A stretch of DNA of 64,000 nt from an uncultured Bacilli bacterium. GTDB lineage: Bacteria; Bacillota_I; Bacilli_A; RF39; UBA660. Shown here in pieces: positions 9,563 to 19,033 of this stretch; the first letter of the stretch is position 1, and the number at the start of each line of letters is the position of its first letter. A program made the translations under genes and the position numbers. Under the pieces are notes generated by a model. It was not told the DNA's origin, did not search any database, and saw only the letters and a program-made list of their open reading frames with translations. The stretch is from positions 5,254 through 69,253 of the forward strand of contig CANRJW010000001.1 of assembly GCA_947631035.1 (NCBI GenBank), written 5' to 3'.

Positions 9563-10708
9563 TTAGAAAACAAGACCACTGGTTATAAATTCAAATAAAC
9601 GGATGCCTAAATCCCAAAGACTTGCTTTTGGTACGTCTTCTTTAGCAATAACATTTACTTCTTTAATACGATTTCCGCCCTTGTCAAGAACTTCTAAATA
9701 GCCCAAAACATCGCCATTTTTGATTGGAGCATTTACGGGTTCTACCACGAGATTATAATGGTACTCTTCTTTGGCATCACTTACCTTTTTTAAAAGAGTG
9801 ATGTCTTGGTCAAGGTATACTTTAGTATTTAATTTTTTTCCTTTTTCAATAGAAACTTCTCCTAAATCGTTTTCTTTGGTAAGTAAAAGGTCTAACTTGT
9901 AAGTATTAAAGCCATAATTTAGCATACTTACTGTATCTTTACTTCTTAAATCACTCGTTTCGGCATTCATTACAACGGATAGAAGGCGCATGTTTCCTCT
10001 TTTCGCAGTGGTGGTAATACAATAGCCAGCTTGATTCGTAAATCCAGTTTTTAAACCATCAACCCCTTCGTAAAACCTGACCAATCGATTGGTATTGACA
10101 AGCCATACACTAGAACCATCTGGTTTTTTCAAGTAATCTTCATAAAGAGAAGTATATTCTAAGATACGTTCGTGTTTTAATAATTCTTTTGCCATAACCG
10201 ACATATCTCGTGCCGTTGTATAATGCGTTTTACTTTCTAGTCCATGGGGATTATCAAAATGGGTATTTTTAAGTCCTAATTCCTTGGCTTTTTCATTCAT
10301 TTTTTCAACAAAAGCGGAAACACTACCACTTACCTTTTCGGCCATCGCAACAACGGCATCATTGCCACTTGCAACAGCAATTCCTTTTAAAAGTTCATGA
10401 ACTTTATATTTTTCTCCGGTTTGTAAAAAAATTTGACTACCACCCATACTTGATGCTGTATCACTAATAATGACTTCATCTTCAAAAGAGATTTTACCTG
10501 AGTCAATGGCTTCCATAATTAAAAGCATGCTCATGACTTTAGTCATAGAAGCAGGAGCCAGTTTGGTATCGGCATTTTTTTCATAGAGTACTTTTCCCGT
10601 TGATACTTCAAGAAGTATGGCACTTTCACTATTTGGGGCTAATTCTTCCGCCTGCACTTTTCCAATAAAACAAAAACTTAAAAGAATAAGGATTCCAATT
10701 TTTTTCAT
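9563..10708 (-). CDS. dacA: D-alanyl-D-alanine carboxypeptidase (PBP5/DacA-type serine peptidase S11) with a signal peptide
   Basis: ASMTKVM (SxxK), SGNDA (SxN) and KTG motifs; C-terminal PBP5-C-like domain. Confidence 0.85.
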   Translation of the reverse strand: MKKIGILILLSFCFIGKVQAEELAPNSESAILLEVSTGKVLYEKNADTKLAPASMTKVMSMLLIMEAIDSGKISFEDEVIISDTASSMGGSQIFLQTGEKYKVHELLKGIAVASGNDAVVAMAEKVSGSVSAFVEKMNEKAKELGLKNTHFDNPHGLESKTHYTTARDMSVMAKELLKHERILEYTSLYEDYLKKPDGSSVWLVNTNRLVRFYEGVDGLKTGFTNQAGYCITTTAKRGNMRLLSVVMNAETSDLRSKDTVSMLNYGFNTYKLDLLLTKENDLGEVSIEKGKKLNTKVYLDQDITLLKKVSDAKEEYHYNLVVEPVNAPIKNGDVLGYLEVLDKGGNRIKEVNVIAKEDVPKASLWDLGIRLFEFITSGLVF

Positions 10709-10803
10709 AGTATCACCTAATAAAAACTATGTCTAGACAGGCAAAATATGACAAAACTCTCCAAACTTATTTTGTAGAATAAAAAGGAAAGAAGGTAGAA
10801 AAA

Positions 10804-11829
10804 ATGAAGAAAAAGGAATTTATTTTTGCATGTAGTATTACACTCGTTTTTATGAGTGTTTTTTCATATTTTATTTATCAAGAGAATAATAATAAGAAAA
10901 GGATTGTGAATGTAATGAATGAACAAGAACAAACCCTATTTTATATTAAAGATACGAAAGAATTTAAAGAAGAGTATCAAAATATGTATGCTCAAATCCT
11001 CTATCATGAAGAAGATAGTTTTTTTCATGAAATCAATTGTTTACTCCACTTAAATTATACCCCTCAAGAAATTAATAATCTTTACAATTATGTCCATCAT
11101 GAAAATATTGAAAAACTTTTAGATAATGAAAAAATAGATTTAGAAGCTTATTATGAAATTCCCAATTTTGAAGTGGATAAAATCCCTCGATATGAACAAT
11201 ATCAAGAAAAGAATAAAACATCTTTACAAGAAGCCGTTTTAAAAGTAAATATTGGTTTAGATCATGACTTTTATACACAAATAGAAGAAATCGAAGATAA
11301 AGAAGACTATCAGGTTTTGGTAAACAAATATCGTACTTTAAAAGAATATGAACCAAAGGATTTAAAAAGTTTAAGTTATGATGCCAGGTATCAATTAAGA
11401 GAAAAAGCAGCGGATGCTTTTGAAGAGTTGGTAAGTTTTGCTAAATTAGAAAATGTTTTTATAAGACCCTATAGCGCTTATCGCTCTTATAGTTATCAAC
11501 AATCTATTTATAATACTTATATACAAAAAGATGGGCGAATACTTGCAGATACTTATTCGGCAAGACCAGGGCATTCCGAACACCAAACGGGACTGGCTGT
11601 TGATGTTTGGAGTGAAGGAATGAATGACATTAGCGAAGAAGATGCCCTTTGGTTAAAAGAAAATGCCTATAAATATGGATTCATTGTTCGTTATCCAAAA
11701 GAATCGGAAAGCATCACTGGCTATATTGAAGAACCATGGCATTTAAGATATTTAGGAAAAGATTTAGCTAAAAAAGTATGGGAAAGTCAACTTACTTATG
11801 ACGAATATTATGACTTATATTTAAAGTAG
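10804..11829 (+). CDS. VanY-type D-Ala-D-Ala carboxypeptidase (peptidase M15B) with an N-terminal TM anchor
   Basis: SAYRSYSYQQ, SEHQTGLAVD and EPWHLRY motifs of the VanY family. Confidence 0.8.
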   Translation: MKKKEFIFACSITLVFMSVFSYFIYQENNNKKRIVNVMNEQEQTLFYIKDTKEFKEEYQNMYAQILYHEEDSFFHEINCLLHLNYTPQEINNLYNYVHHENIEKLLDNEKIDLEAYYEIPNFEVDKIPRYEQYQEKNKTSLQEAVLKVNIGLDHDFYTQIEEIEDKEDYQVLVNKYRTLKEYEPKDLKSLSYDARYQLREKAADAFEELVSFAKLENVFIRPYSAYRSYSYQQSIYNTYIQKDGRILADTYSARPGHSEHQTGLAVDVWSEGMNDISEEDALWLKENAYKYGFIVRYPKESESITGYIEEPWHLRYLGKDLAKKVWESQLTYDEYYDLYLK

Positions 11830-11847
11830 AAAAATCTTTTACTTTTT

Positions 11848-13596
11848 TTAATTATTTCCTAAATAGGTAATTCTAGCATAACCATCGCCTTGTTTAGCAT
11901 TTTGACTAATAGCCTCGCTACTTACACTATCCGTAGTGTAAGTTTTTGTTTCGTCTGCATCACTTGTTGTACATTGGTAGCAATACATAGCTTTATTAGT
12001 TAGAAGAGGATTTCCAATGTAGCCAGAACCTCCTCCACCTCCAGCGTGTCCTCGTGAAGAGCCCCCTCCACCGAAGTATCCTCCACCTCCTCCGGCGCCA
12101 CCACAACCACCAATACTTGAATCTATTCCGCATCTATCCCCCTCAATATAGTAATAATTACCTCCTTGGCCAAATTTACCCTTTGCATTCTCACTTTTTT
12201 TATGAATTTCATATCCACCCTCGTTTTGGCTTCCTCCAATACCAGTATAATTAGTTGAAGAATTATTAGGATGAGTATTTACAATATTATTATATCCATC
12301 TTTTCCTTTGAATCCACCACCTGAGCCACCGTAAATATCATTACCATAACTATAAGTTCCACCATTACCTCCGCCACCTCCAGCAACAATTAAGACTTGT
12401 TCTTTTTGAGATTCTAATGTTGATAACAATCCTGAAACTTTAGCTATATGGGTAGCGCCTCCGCCACCAAAACCAATTTGGCTTACTGTATTTCCTGTTC
12501 CTCCACCATTATATCCACCAAAATATTCATTATTATTTCGTATATTTGAACCTTGCCCTCCAACATTAACAAATAATGTATCACTTGAAGAAATTGTATA
12601 TTCTCCTACTGAATAACCACCTAGACCACCTATATTTTTGGCTTCTTCACTTTCTGCACCACCCTGAGCTCCCCATACTTCTAATTTGTAATTTCCTTTT
12701 GGTAAACTGATGGCTTCTTCTTTTCCTGTATAATCAAAATCAATGGTTGTGTCTTTCTCTAGTGTGGTAAACTCTATGTTACAACTTACTTGATTTTTCT
12801 CGATTCCGGTTATCTCGACTCCCCATGTTTCTTGATTCCATTTTCCACTTCCTTTATCACATTTTACTTCGACTGCATAGTTTTCTTCTTCCTTGTTTGG
12901 CATTTCTTCTTGCATCTTTCCATCTACTAACATTGCTAATTGTATATCTCCATCTTGTGCTATTTCATTTTGGTCTCCTGTTATTACTACCTTGGCTTCA
13001 AACTTTCCGTTTTGACTATCATTATCCGCACTTTCGTCCATCCATAATCTTACTTCATGTTCTACGTTTGCATAGGCAGTTAGAGTTCCTTTATATATGT
13101 TATAGGCTTCTATCGCTTCATAGTCTTCTGTCTCTATCTTTGATGTACTATATTCTTCTGTTAATTTTTTTTTAACTTTTTTATCTATCTTGACCGCGAT
13201 ATTCTTTGATTCGATTCTTTTTCCATCTATTTGTAGTACCTCTATATTTACTTTATAATCTACTCCGGTATTACAGATGTTTCTTATTCTAAAATGAAAG
13301 GGTTCTAGTTTTTCTCCTTCTTTATCGGTTAAAGGATAAGCTTTTTTTAAACTTATAGCTTCACTTAATTCGTCCATTTCTATTTTCAAGCAACTTGTTC
13401 CTAAGATATTCATTTCGTTTTGTTTTGTTGTTGTGGTCCACCATGCATAACTAAAAGACACTACTGTTATGAGTGTTACAATACTTATTAAACTTACTAC
13501 TATTTTCTTGAGTCGTCTTGGTTCCTTTCTATTATTATCTAAATAATAACCCCCCCCCCAGACGACTATTTCCACTGGTTGGGAGGTTTCTTTCAA
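11848..13596 (-). CDS. Paralog of 3766..5799: SipW-type leader plus TasA/camelysin-like N-domain, fused to a C-terminal ALK-type glycine-rich domain (GAQGG family). TTG-initiated track ORF; the Shine-Dalgarno-linked ATG at 13606 is out of frame across the G10 tract
   Basis: N-terminus MKETSQPVEIVVWGGG..SYAWWTTTT and the LKIEMDE..PLTDKEGEKLEPFHFRIRNICNTG TasA-like pattern; C-terminus LEVWGAQGGAESEE..GGLGGY..VGGQGS..GGGGG blocks typical of bacterial/ALK glycine-rich domains. Confidence 0.6.
   Translation of the reverse strand: MKETSQPVEIVVWGGGYYLDNNRKEPRRLKKIVVSLISIVTLITVVSFSYAWWTTTTKQNEMNILGTSCLKIEMDELSEAISLKKAYPLTDKEGEKLEPFHFRIRNICNTGVDYKVNIEVLQIDGKRIESKNIAVKIDKKVKKKLTEEYSTSKIETEDYEAIEAYNIYKGTLTAYANVEHEVRLWMDESADNDSQNGKFEAKVVITGDQNEIAQDGDIQLAMLVDGKMQEEMPNKEEENYAVEVKCDKGSGKWNQETWGVEITGIEKNQVSCNIEFTTLEKDTTIDFDYTGKEEAISLPKGNYKLEVWGAQGGAESEEAKNIGGLGGYSVGEYTISSSDTLFVNVGGQGSNIRNNNEYFGGYNGGGTGNTVSQIGFGGGGATHIAKVSGLLSTLESQKEQVLIVAGGGGGNGGTYSYGNDIYGGSGGGFKGKDGYNNIVNTHPNNSSTNYTGIGGSQNEGGYEIHKKSENAKGKFGQGGNYYYIEGDRCGIDSSIGGCGGAGGGGGYFGGGGSSRGHAGGGGGSGYIGNPLLTNKAMYCYQCTTSDADETKTYTTDSVSSEAISQNAKQGDGYARITYLGNN
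13550..13559. repeat. Homopolymeric C10 (G10 coding) tract in codons 13-16 of the second TasA-like paralog
   Basis: Read directly; same position and length as the tract at 5753-5762. Confidence 0.9.
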
Positions 13597-13693
13597 ATTC
13601 TTTCATTTGTCTTTTCCTCCTCTATTATTACTTTTTATTCTACTCTCTTTTTCGTCTTTTGACAAGACATGAAAAAAAGGCCTATACAAAAGC

Positions 13694-15874
13694 CTATTTT
13701 CTACTCTTAACTTTTTTCTCTTTTTCTACTTTCTTTTCTTCTTTACCTTTTGGTTTTGGTAAAGCTTCTTTACGAGATAAATTTAAACGTCCTCTATTGT
13801 CATAGCCTAAACTCTTTACAACAATTTGGTCTCCAACTTTAAATAAATCACTTGGTTTTTCAATTCTTTCATGAGCAAGTTGTGAAACATGTACCAATCC
13901 TTCACAGCCACTCCATAGTTCAACAAAGCAACCAAAGTCTTCTACTTTTGTAACCGTTCCAGTATAGATTTCCCCTTCTTCAACAACACGTACAACGTTT
14001 AAAATCATTTCTTTGGTTTTTTTAATAATTTCTGGGTCCGTATGATAAATAATAACTCTTCCATCATCTTCTAAATCCACTTTAACAGCATCTTTATCAT
14101 TTACCGTTGAAACATTGCTTGATTCTAAAATAATCTTGGTAATCATTTCTCCACCACGACCAATAACATCTTTAATCTTTTCTGGGTCAATAGTGAATGT
14201 TTCAATTTTAGGTGCATATGGAGATAATTCTTTACGTGGTTCTTTAATACAATCGGTCATAACATCTAAGATTTCAAGTCGAGCTTTTTTAGCTTGGGCA
14301 AGGGCTTCTTTTAAGATGTCTTTTGTAACGCCTTTAATTTTAATATCCATTTGTAAAGCACAGATACCATCTTTTGTTCCGGCAACTTTAAAGTCCATAT
14401 CTCCCATGTGGTCTTCTAAACCAGCGATATCGGTTAAAATAGTATATTTTTTACCATTGGTAATAAGTCCCATTGCAATACCTGCTACTGGCTTTTTAAT
14501 TGGAACTCCTGCGGCCATTAAAGATAAACACCCAGCACAAATGGTTGCTTGACTACTTGATCCGTTACTTTCTAATATTTCACTTACAACACGAATGGTA
14601 TAAGGGAATTCTTCTTCGCTAGGTATTACTTGAGCAAGGGCTCTTTCTCCTAAAGCACCATGGCCGATTTCGCGTCGACCTGGGGAACCATACCTTCCCG
14701 TTTCTCCAACAGAAAATTGTGGGAAATTATAATGAAGCATAAAACGTTTTGAATCTTCTAATCCAAGGCCATCAAGTATTTGATGTTCTCCTAAAGCTCC
14801 TAGAGTTGTTGTTGCTAGGCTTTGCGTTTCTCCACGTGTAAATAAAGCACTTCCATGTGGTCGAGGTAAAATATCAACTTGGGCATCTAAATGTCTTATT
14901 TCGTCCATTTTTCTACCATCTGGTCTAATTTTCTTATCAGTAATTAAACGTCTTACTTCGTCCCCTTCAATGGTATCAACAACTTTTTTAACATCTTTTA
15001 AAATTTGTTCGATGTTTTCGTCATTTGCATAGATTTCCGCAAAATTTTCTAAAGTCGCCGTTTTTACTTCTTCAATACGTTCATAACTTGCTAGTTTATC
15101 TTTAATTTGAATAGCAGCAAGCATATCTTTGGTTGCATAATCTCTTACAGCACGTTCTAATTCTTCATCGATGGATGCAACAGCAAGTTCTTGTTTTTCT
15201 AATCCAATTTCGTCAATAATTTTTTGTTCAAATTCACATAACGTTTTAATATGTTCATGACCAAACATTAAAGCTTCTAACATATCTTTTTCGCTTAATT
15301 CTTGAGCACCAGCTTCCACCATACAAATAGCGTCTTTTGTACCAGCTACTGTTAAATTTAAACTACTTTGTTCTAATTGTTCAACGGTTGGGTTAATAAT
15401 AAATTCTTTACCAATTTTACCAACGACAACTCCAGCCACCGGTCCATCAAAGGGTATATCGCTAATTCCTAAACATAAGCTTGAACCAAATAAAGCAGCC
15501 ATAATAGGAGAATTGTCTTGATCAACGGATAAAACCGTATTGATTACTTGAATTTCATTTCTTAAGTTCTCATCAAACATGGGTCGTATTGGACGATCGA
15601 TAATTCTTGCGGCAAGGGTTGCTTCATCAGTAGGTCGCCCTTCTCTTTTAATAAAACCTCCTGGTATTTTACCAATCGAATATAATTTTTCTTGGTATAA
15701 AACGGTTAGTGGAAAAAAGTCTGCGGTAATCGTATTTTTTCCCATAACACAAACAGATAAAATGACTGTATCTCCATAACGAACTAAAACGGATCCATTC
15801 GTTTGCTTTGCTAGTTCTCCTGTTTCTACAACTAAATCTCTTCCTAAAAAATCTAATTTATATACTTTCTTCAT
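13694..15874 (-). CDS. pnp: Polynucleotide phosphorylase (PNPase)
   Basis: 726 aa; two RNase PH domains, KH and C-terminal S1 domain ([20 protein letters not shown]); lysine-rich tail. Confidence 0.95.
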   Translation of the reverse strand: MKKVYKLDFLGRDLVVETGELAKQTNGSVLVRYGDTVILSVCVMGKNTITADFFPLTVLYQEKLYSIGKIPGGFIKREGRPTDEATLAARIIDRPIRPMFDENLRNEIQVINTVLSVDQDNSPIMAALFGSSLCLGISDIPFDGPVAGVVVGKIGKEFIINPTVEQLEQSSLNLTVAGTKDAICMVEAGAQELSEKDMLEALMFGHEHIKTLCEFEQKIIDEIGLEKQELAVASIDEELERAVRDYATKDMLAAIQIKDKLASYERIEEVKTATLENFAEIYANDENIEQILKDVKKVVDTIEGDEVRRLITDKKIRPDGRKMDEIRHLDAQVDILPRPHGSALFTRGETQSLATTTLGALGEHQILDGLGLEDSKRFMLHYNFPQFSVGETGRYGSPGRREIGHGALGERALAQVIPSEEEFPYTIRVVSEILESNGSSSQATICAGCLSLMAAGVPIKKPVAGIAMGLITNGKKYTILTDIAGLEDHMGDMDFKVAGTKDGICALQMDIKIKGVTKDILKEALAQAKKARLEILDVMTDCIKEPRKELSPYAPKIETFTIDPEKIKDVIGRGGEMITKIILESSNVSTVNDKDAVKVDLEDDGRVIIYHTDPEIIKKTKEMILNVVRVVEEGEIYTGTVTKVEDFGCFVELWSGCEGLVHVSQLAHERIEKPSDLFKVGDQIVVKSLGYDNRGRLNLSRKEALPKPKGKEEKKVEKEKKVKSRK

Positions 15875-15925
15875 ACATTTCCTCCTTTACTAGCATAAAA
15901 AAAGACACTTTAAAAAACAAGTGCC

Positions 15926-16195
15926 CTATTTTCTTAAATTTAATTTTTCAATTAGATTACGATAAGATACAATATTATTTTCTTTTAAGTAATCTAATAA
16001 TTTTCTTCTTTTACCAACCATCATTAAAAGTCCTCTTTTGGAATGATAATCATGGATATGAACTTTTAAGTGTTCTGTTAATGCATTAATTTCTTTTGTT
16101 AAAATTGCAATTTGTACTTCAGTAGATCCACAATCTTTTTCATTTTTACCAAACTCTTTAATGATTGCTTGTTTTTCTTCTTTGGTAACTGCCAT
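15926..16195 (-). CDS. rpsO: 30S ribosomal protein S15
   Basis: 89 aa; [48 protein letters not shown]. Confidence 0.95.
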   Translation of the reverse strand: MAVTKEEKQAIIKEFGKNEKDCGSTEVQIAILTKEINALTEHLKVHIHDYHSKRGLLMMVGKRRKLLDYLKENNIVSYRNLIEKLNLRK

Positions 16196-16486
16196 ATTTT
16201 TTCCTCCTTACTTTTTTAATCGGTTTAAACTGAGTAAGAAAACGAGGTGTCTTTCTAACTAAGATTAAACTTCGTTATTATTATATTATAAGTGTGATTA
16301 GAAATGCAATGATTTTTTGCTTTTAAACGTAAAATTAGAAAAAAATGCCCTTTTTTTAAAGTTTTTTTCACTTTTTTAAAGAAATTTGCTCTAAAAAAAA
16401 GGAAATCACGAATTTGCCTTGTATATATATAAGTAGAGGAAGTATTTTTTAGGATACTTCTTTTATATAGAACAAGGAGGTGAAAA

Positions 16487-17320
16487 ATGTTTACTCAAGA
16501 AGAACCAAAAACAATCAACTTGAAAAATGATTGGATGTTCAAAGCTTTCATGACTAAACCACAAAGTAGAAGTATGGTTGCAGGTTTGATTAGTGAAATC
16601 ACAGGTATCGATAGAAATCTTTTGTATCATGCCACATATATAGGTGGTGAAGAAATTGCCAAAAGGCAAGAAATACAAAAGAAGCAATCCACCGATATGA
16701 CCATTAAGATTACTGACCACATGCAAATTATTGTGGAAATGAATCAAGCATATCAAAAACATGTTTTTGAGAAAAACAGTTTGTATGCTATGAGTCGTAT
16801 TGTGGAAACTACCACATCCAAAAAAGAGTATACTTCTATTATACTGATTAATTTTGATAATTTTAATCAGTATGAAACAAGTGACCCTATCTTGATTTTT
16901 CAAATACAAGATAAAAAGGGACACATAGAAGTAAACAATTATATTTCTTATCATGTAATACTTGAAAATTGTTCTGATAAAAACTATAATGTAGGTAAAG
17001 AAATAAAGAAGTTTGCTAATTTCATAAAAGAAAAAAGAACAATCAAGCAATTAGAGGAAAAGTATGAGGGGGATGAGGAATATATGTCAGTAATAAGAAC
17101 AGTAGAAGAGTTAAGTAAAGACCCGGAGTTTGCGGGGTATTATGATATTGAAGAGAAGCATCGTCAACAACTAGAAGATGCCAAAGAAACGGGAATGGAC
17201 GAAGCAAACCTTTCTACTGCTAAAAAGTTACTGCAAATGGGTGTTAATACAATCGAACAAATAGCGGAAGCAACCGGTTTATCCCTTGAACAAGTTGAGA
17301 AGTTAAAGGAAGAAAACTAA
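16487..17320 (+). CDS. Rpn-family / PD-(D/E)XK nuclease-family transposase-like protein (TIGR01784-like)
   Basis: N-terminus NDWMFKAFM (family NDxxFKxxF motif); C-terminal LSTAKKLLQMGVNTIEQIAEATGLSLEQVEKLK helix typical of this family; AAGGAGG RBS. Confidence 0.65.
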   Translation: MFTQEEPKTINLKNDWMFKAFMTKPQSRSMVAGLISEITGIDRNLLYHATYIGGEEIAKRQEIQKKQSTDMTIKITDHMQIIVEMNQAYQKHVFEKNSLYAMSRIVETTTSKKEYTSIILINFDNFNQYETSDPILIFQIQDKKGHIEVNNYISYHVILENCSDKNYNVGKEIKKFANFIKEKRTIKQLEEKYEGDEEYMSVIRTVEELSKDPEFAGYYDIEEKHRQQLEDAKETGMDEANLSTAKKLLQMGVNTIEQIAEATGLSLEQVEKLKEEN

Positions 17321-17350
17321 CAATCCAAATAGTTTTCTTTTTTTATGATT

Positions 17351-17815
17351 TTATTTCATTACTCTTTTCTTACTATTTTTTTCTAAATCATTGATAATGC
17401 TCCAAAAAAAGCGATTTATTTCTTGATTATCTAAACAATTTAAGTCTTGATAATGCGTTACTCTTTTTAAAAAGGCTTTTTTTAATTCTAAACTTTCCAC
17501 ATCCGTAAAACATTCCATTATTTGTGGCAACCATTTTATTATCGATTCAATATCATCATCTAAAGTATTTTCAATGCAAGCAATATAACTATCCATTCCC
17601 ATAATACGCACAACACATACTAAGTGATAAAAATCATTTAAGTCTATAGAAAATTGTTCTTTTAATGAAACTGTATATATTTGACTTAAGTCCTCGTGAT
17701 ACAATAAAGCTTTTTCAATATCAAAGGGAGTAATATCTAATTTTTTATTTTTTAATTCTTTACAAATCTTATTATATAATACCAAAGAGATTTTTTTCAT
17801 TTCCATTTCATCCAT
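17351..17815 (-). CDS. Hypothetical protein; probable start at MDEMEMKK with a GGTGG RBS (shorter than the 182-aa track ORF)
   Basis: ORF only; occupies the position where ribF normally follows truB. Confidence 0.3.
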   Translation of the reverse strand: MDEMEMKKISLVLYNKICKELKNKKLDITPFDIEKALLYHEDLSQIYTVSLKEQFSIDLNDFYHLVCVVRIMGMDSYIACIENTLDDDIESIIKWLPQIMECFTDVESLELKKAFLKRVTHYQDLNCLDNQEINRFFWSIINDLEKNSKKRVMK

Positions 17816-17843
17816 ATAACCCACCAACTTTTTTAAAAAACAT

Positions 17844-18683
17844 TTATAAAACCAAACATGGTTTATAAAATTCCCCTTTTTTTTCATACAAAGCCACAAT
17901 TTCGTGATGATATTCCAATAAAATTTCTTCGCTTGTTTCAGGAAGATTTAAAGTATTGCCATTTTTTACTTTTTGATATTCTTCTGTTGTTAACGAATAA
18001 CGAGGACAAGAAAAAAGATTTTCTAAAGTGAGAAGTTGATAATTCTCCTTTTTAATCTCGTCCAATGTATAACTATTTTGAATTGTAAAATTTCCTTGTT
18101 TAATCCTTATTAAATCGGACATCGTTCCTAGAACTTGTAGTTTTTCACAAATATCGCGAATTAAACTACGAATATAAGTTCCTTTGGAAACAACACAAGA
18201 AAACGTTATATGATTGTCTTTATATTCTAAAAGTTTGATTTCTTTTACTTCAATTTCTCTTTTCGGAAGTTCAATACTCTTGTTTTCTCGAGCATATTCA
18301 TATAATTTTTTACCATTTATTTTAATTGCAGAATAACTAGGGACTTCTTGTTTACTTTTTCCTAAAAAAGAATTTAAAACATTCATAATTTCCTCTTCCG
18401 TTAGTCGTTGCGGTTCTTCTTTTTCCAAAATAGTTCCCGCGGTATCTAAAGTATCCGTCTTGATTCCTAAGGCAATGTTTGCAACATACTCTTTTTCATG
18501 GTTGGTTATTTTTTCAACCAATTTTGTATATTTTCCAATGCAGACTACAAGCACTCCACTTGCTATAGGATCAAGGGTTCCCGTGTGTCCTATCTTTTTC
18601 GTTTGAAAAACATGGTTTAAGACATTTACGACATCACGACTTGTATAACCACTCTCTTTATTCACAACTAGAATACCATTCAT
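17844..18683 (-). CDS. truB: tRNA pseudouridine(55) synthase
   Basis: GILVVNKESGYTSRDVV...GHTGTLDPIASGVLVVCIG catalytic Asp motif. Confidence 0.9.
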   Translation of the reverse strand: MNGILVVNKESGYTSRDVVNVLNHVFQTKKIGHTGTLDPIASGVLVVCIGKYTKLVEKITNHEKEYVANIALGIKTDTLDTAGTILEKEEPQRLTEEEIMNVLNSFLGKSKQEVPSYSAIKINGKKLYEYARENKSIELPKREIEVKEIKLLEYKDNHITFSCVVSKGTYIRSLIRDICEKLQVLGTMSDLIRIKQGNFTIQNSYTLDEIKKENYQLLTLENLFSCPRYSLTTEEYQKVKNGNTLNLPETSEEILLEYHHEIVALYEKKGEFYKPCLVL

Positions 18684-19033
18684 TCCTCGTCATCTTTCTT
18701 ATGAATTTCATCGATAATTTTTTCAATATGGGCCCCATATTCAATCGATTCATCATATAAGAATTTTAGTTTTGGGGTATTTCGTAAATCCATTTTTTCC
18801 GCTAATTTTTTTCGTATAAAAGGAGAAGCTTCTTCCATTTCATATTCTAATTCTTTATGGGTTTTATCTTCCACTAAACTAGTAAAATAAACTTTGGCAA
18901 AAGATAAATCCGTGGCGACTTCAGCTCCCGTAATACTAATCGTTTTTAGTAAGTCATCTCTTGCTTCTTCTAGTAGGATTTCGCTGATTACTTTGACCAT
19001 TTCACTTTCGATACGCTTTATTTTAATACTCAT
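18680..19033 (-). CDS. rbfA: Ribosome-binding factor A
   Basis: 117 aa; RIESEMVKVISEIL...ISITGAEVATDLSFAKVYFT. Confidence 0.9.
   Translation of the reverse strand: MSIKIKRIESEMVKVISEILLEEARDDLLKTISITGAEVATDLSFAKVYFTSLVEDKTHKELEYEMEEASPFIRKKLAEKMDLRNTPKLKFLYDESIEYGAHIEKIIDEIHKKDDEE

Noticed and set aside
16437-16462. Hairpin gaagtat-N8-atacttc upstream of the Rpn-like gene as a terminator
   Set aside because: No upstream plus-strand gene to terminate, and on the minus strand it is not followed by a U-run. More likely incidental secondary structure in the rpsO promoter region.
16463-17050. 195-aa minus-strand ORF antisense to the Rpn-like gene (also 37389..37751, 37794..38051, 12825..13175, 14115..14552, 19430..19930, 31232..31588, 58839..59243 and other short antisense ORFs in the track)
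   Set aside because: They overlap well-supported genes on the opposite strand and have low-complexity hydrophobic translations typical of AT-rich antisense frames; no RBS or motifs.
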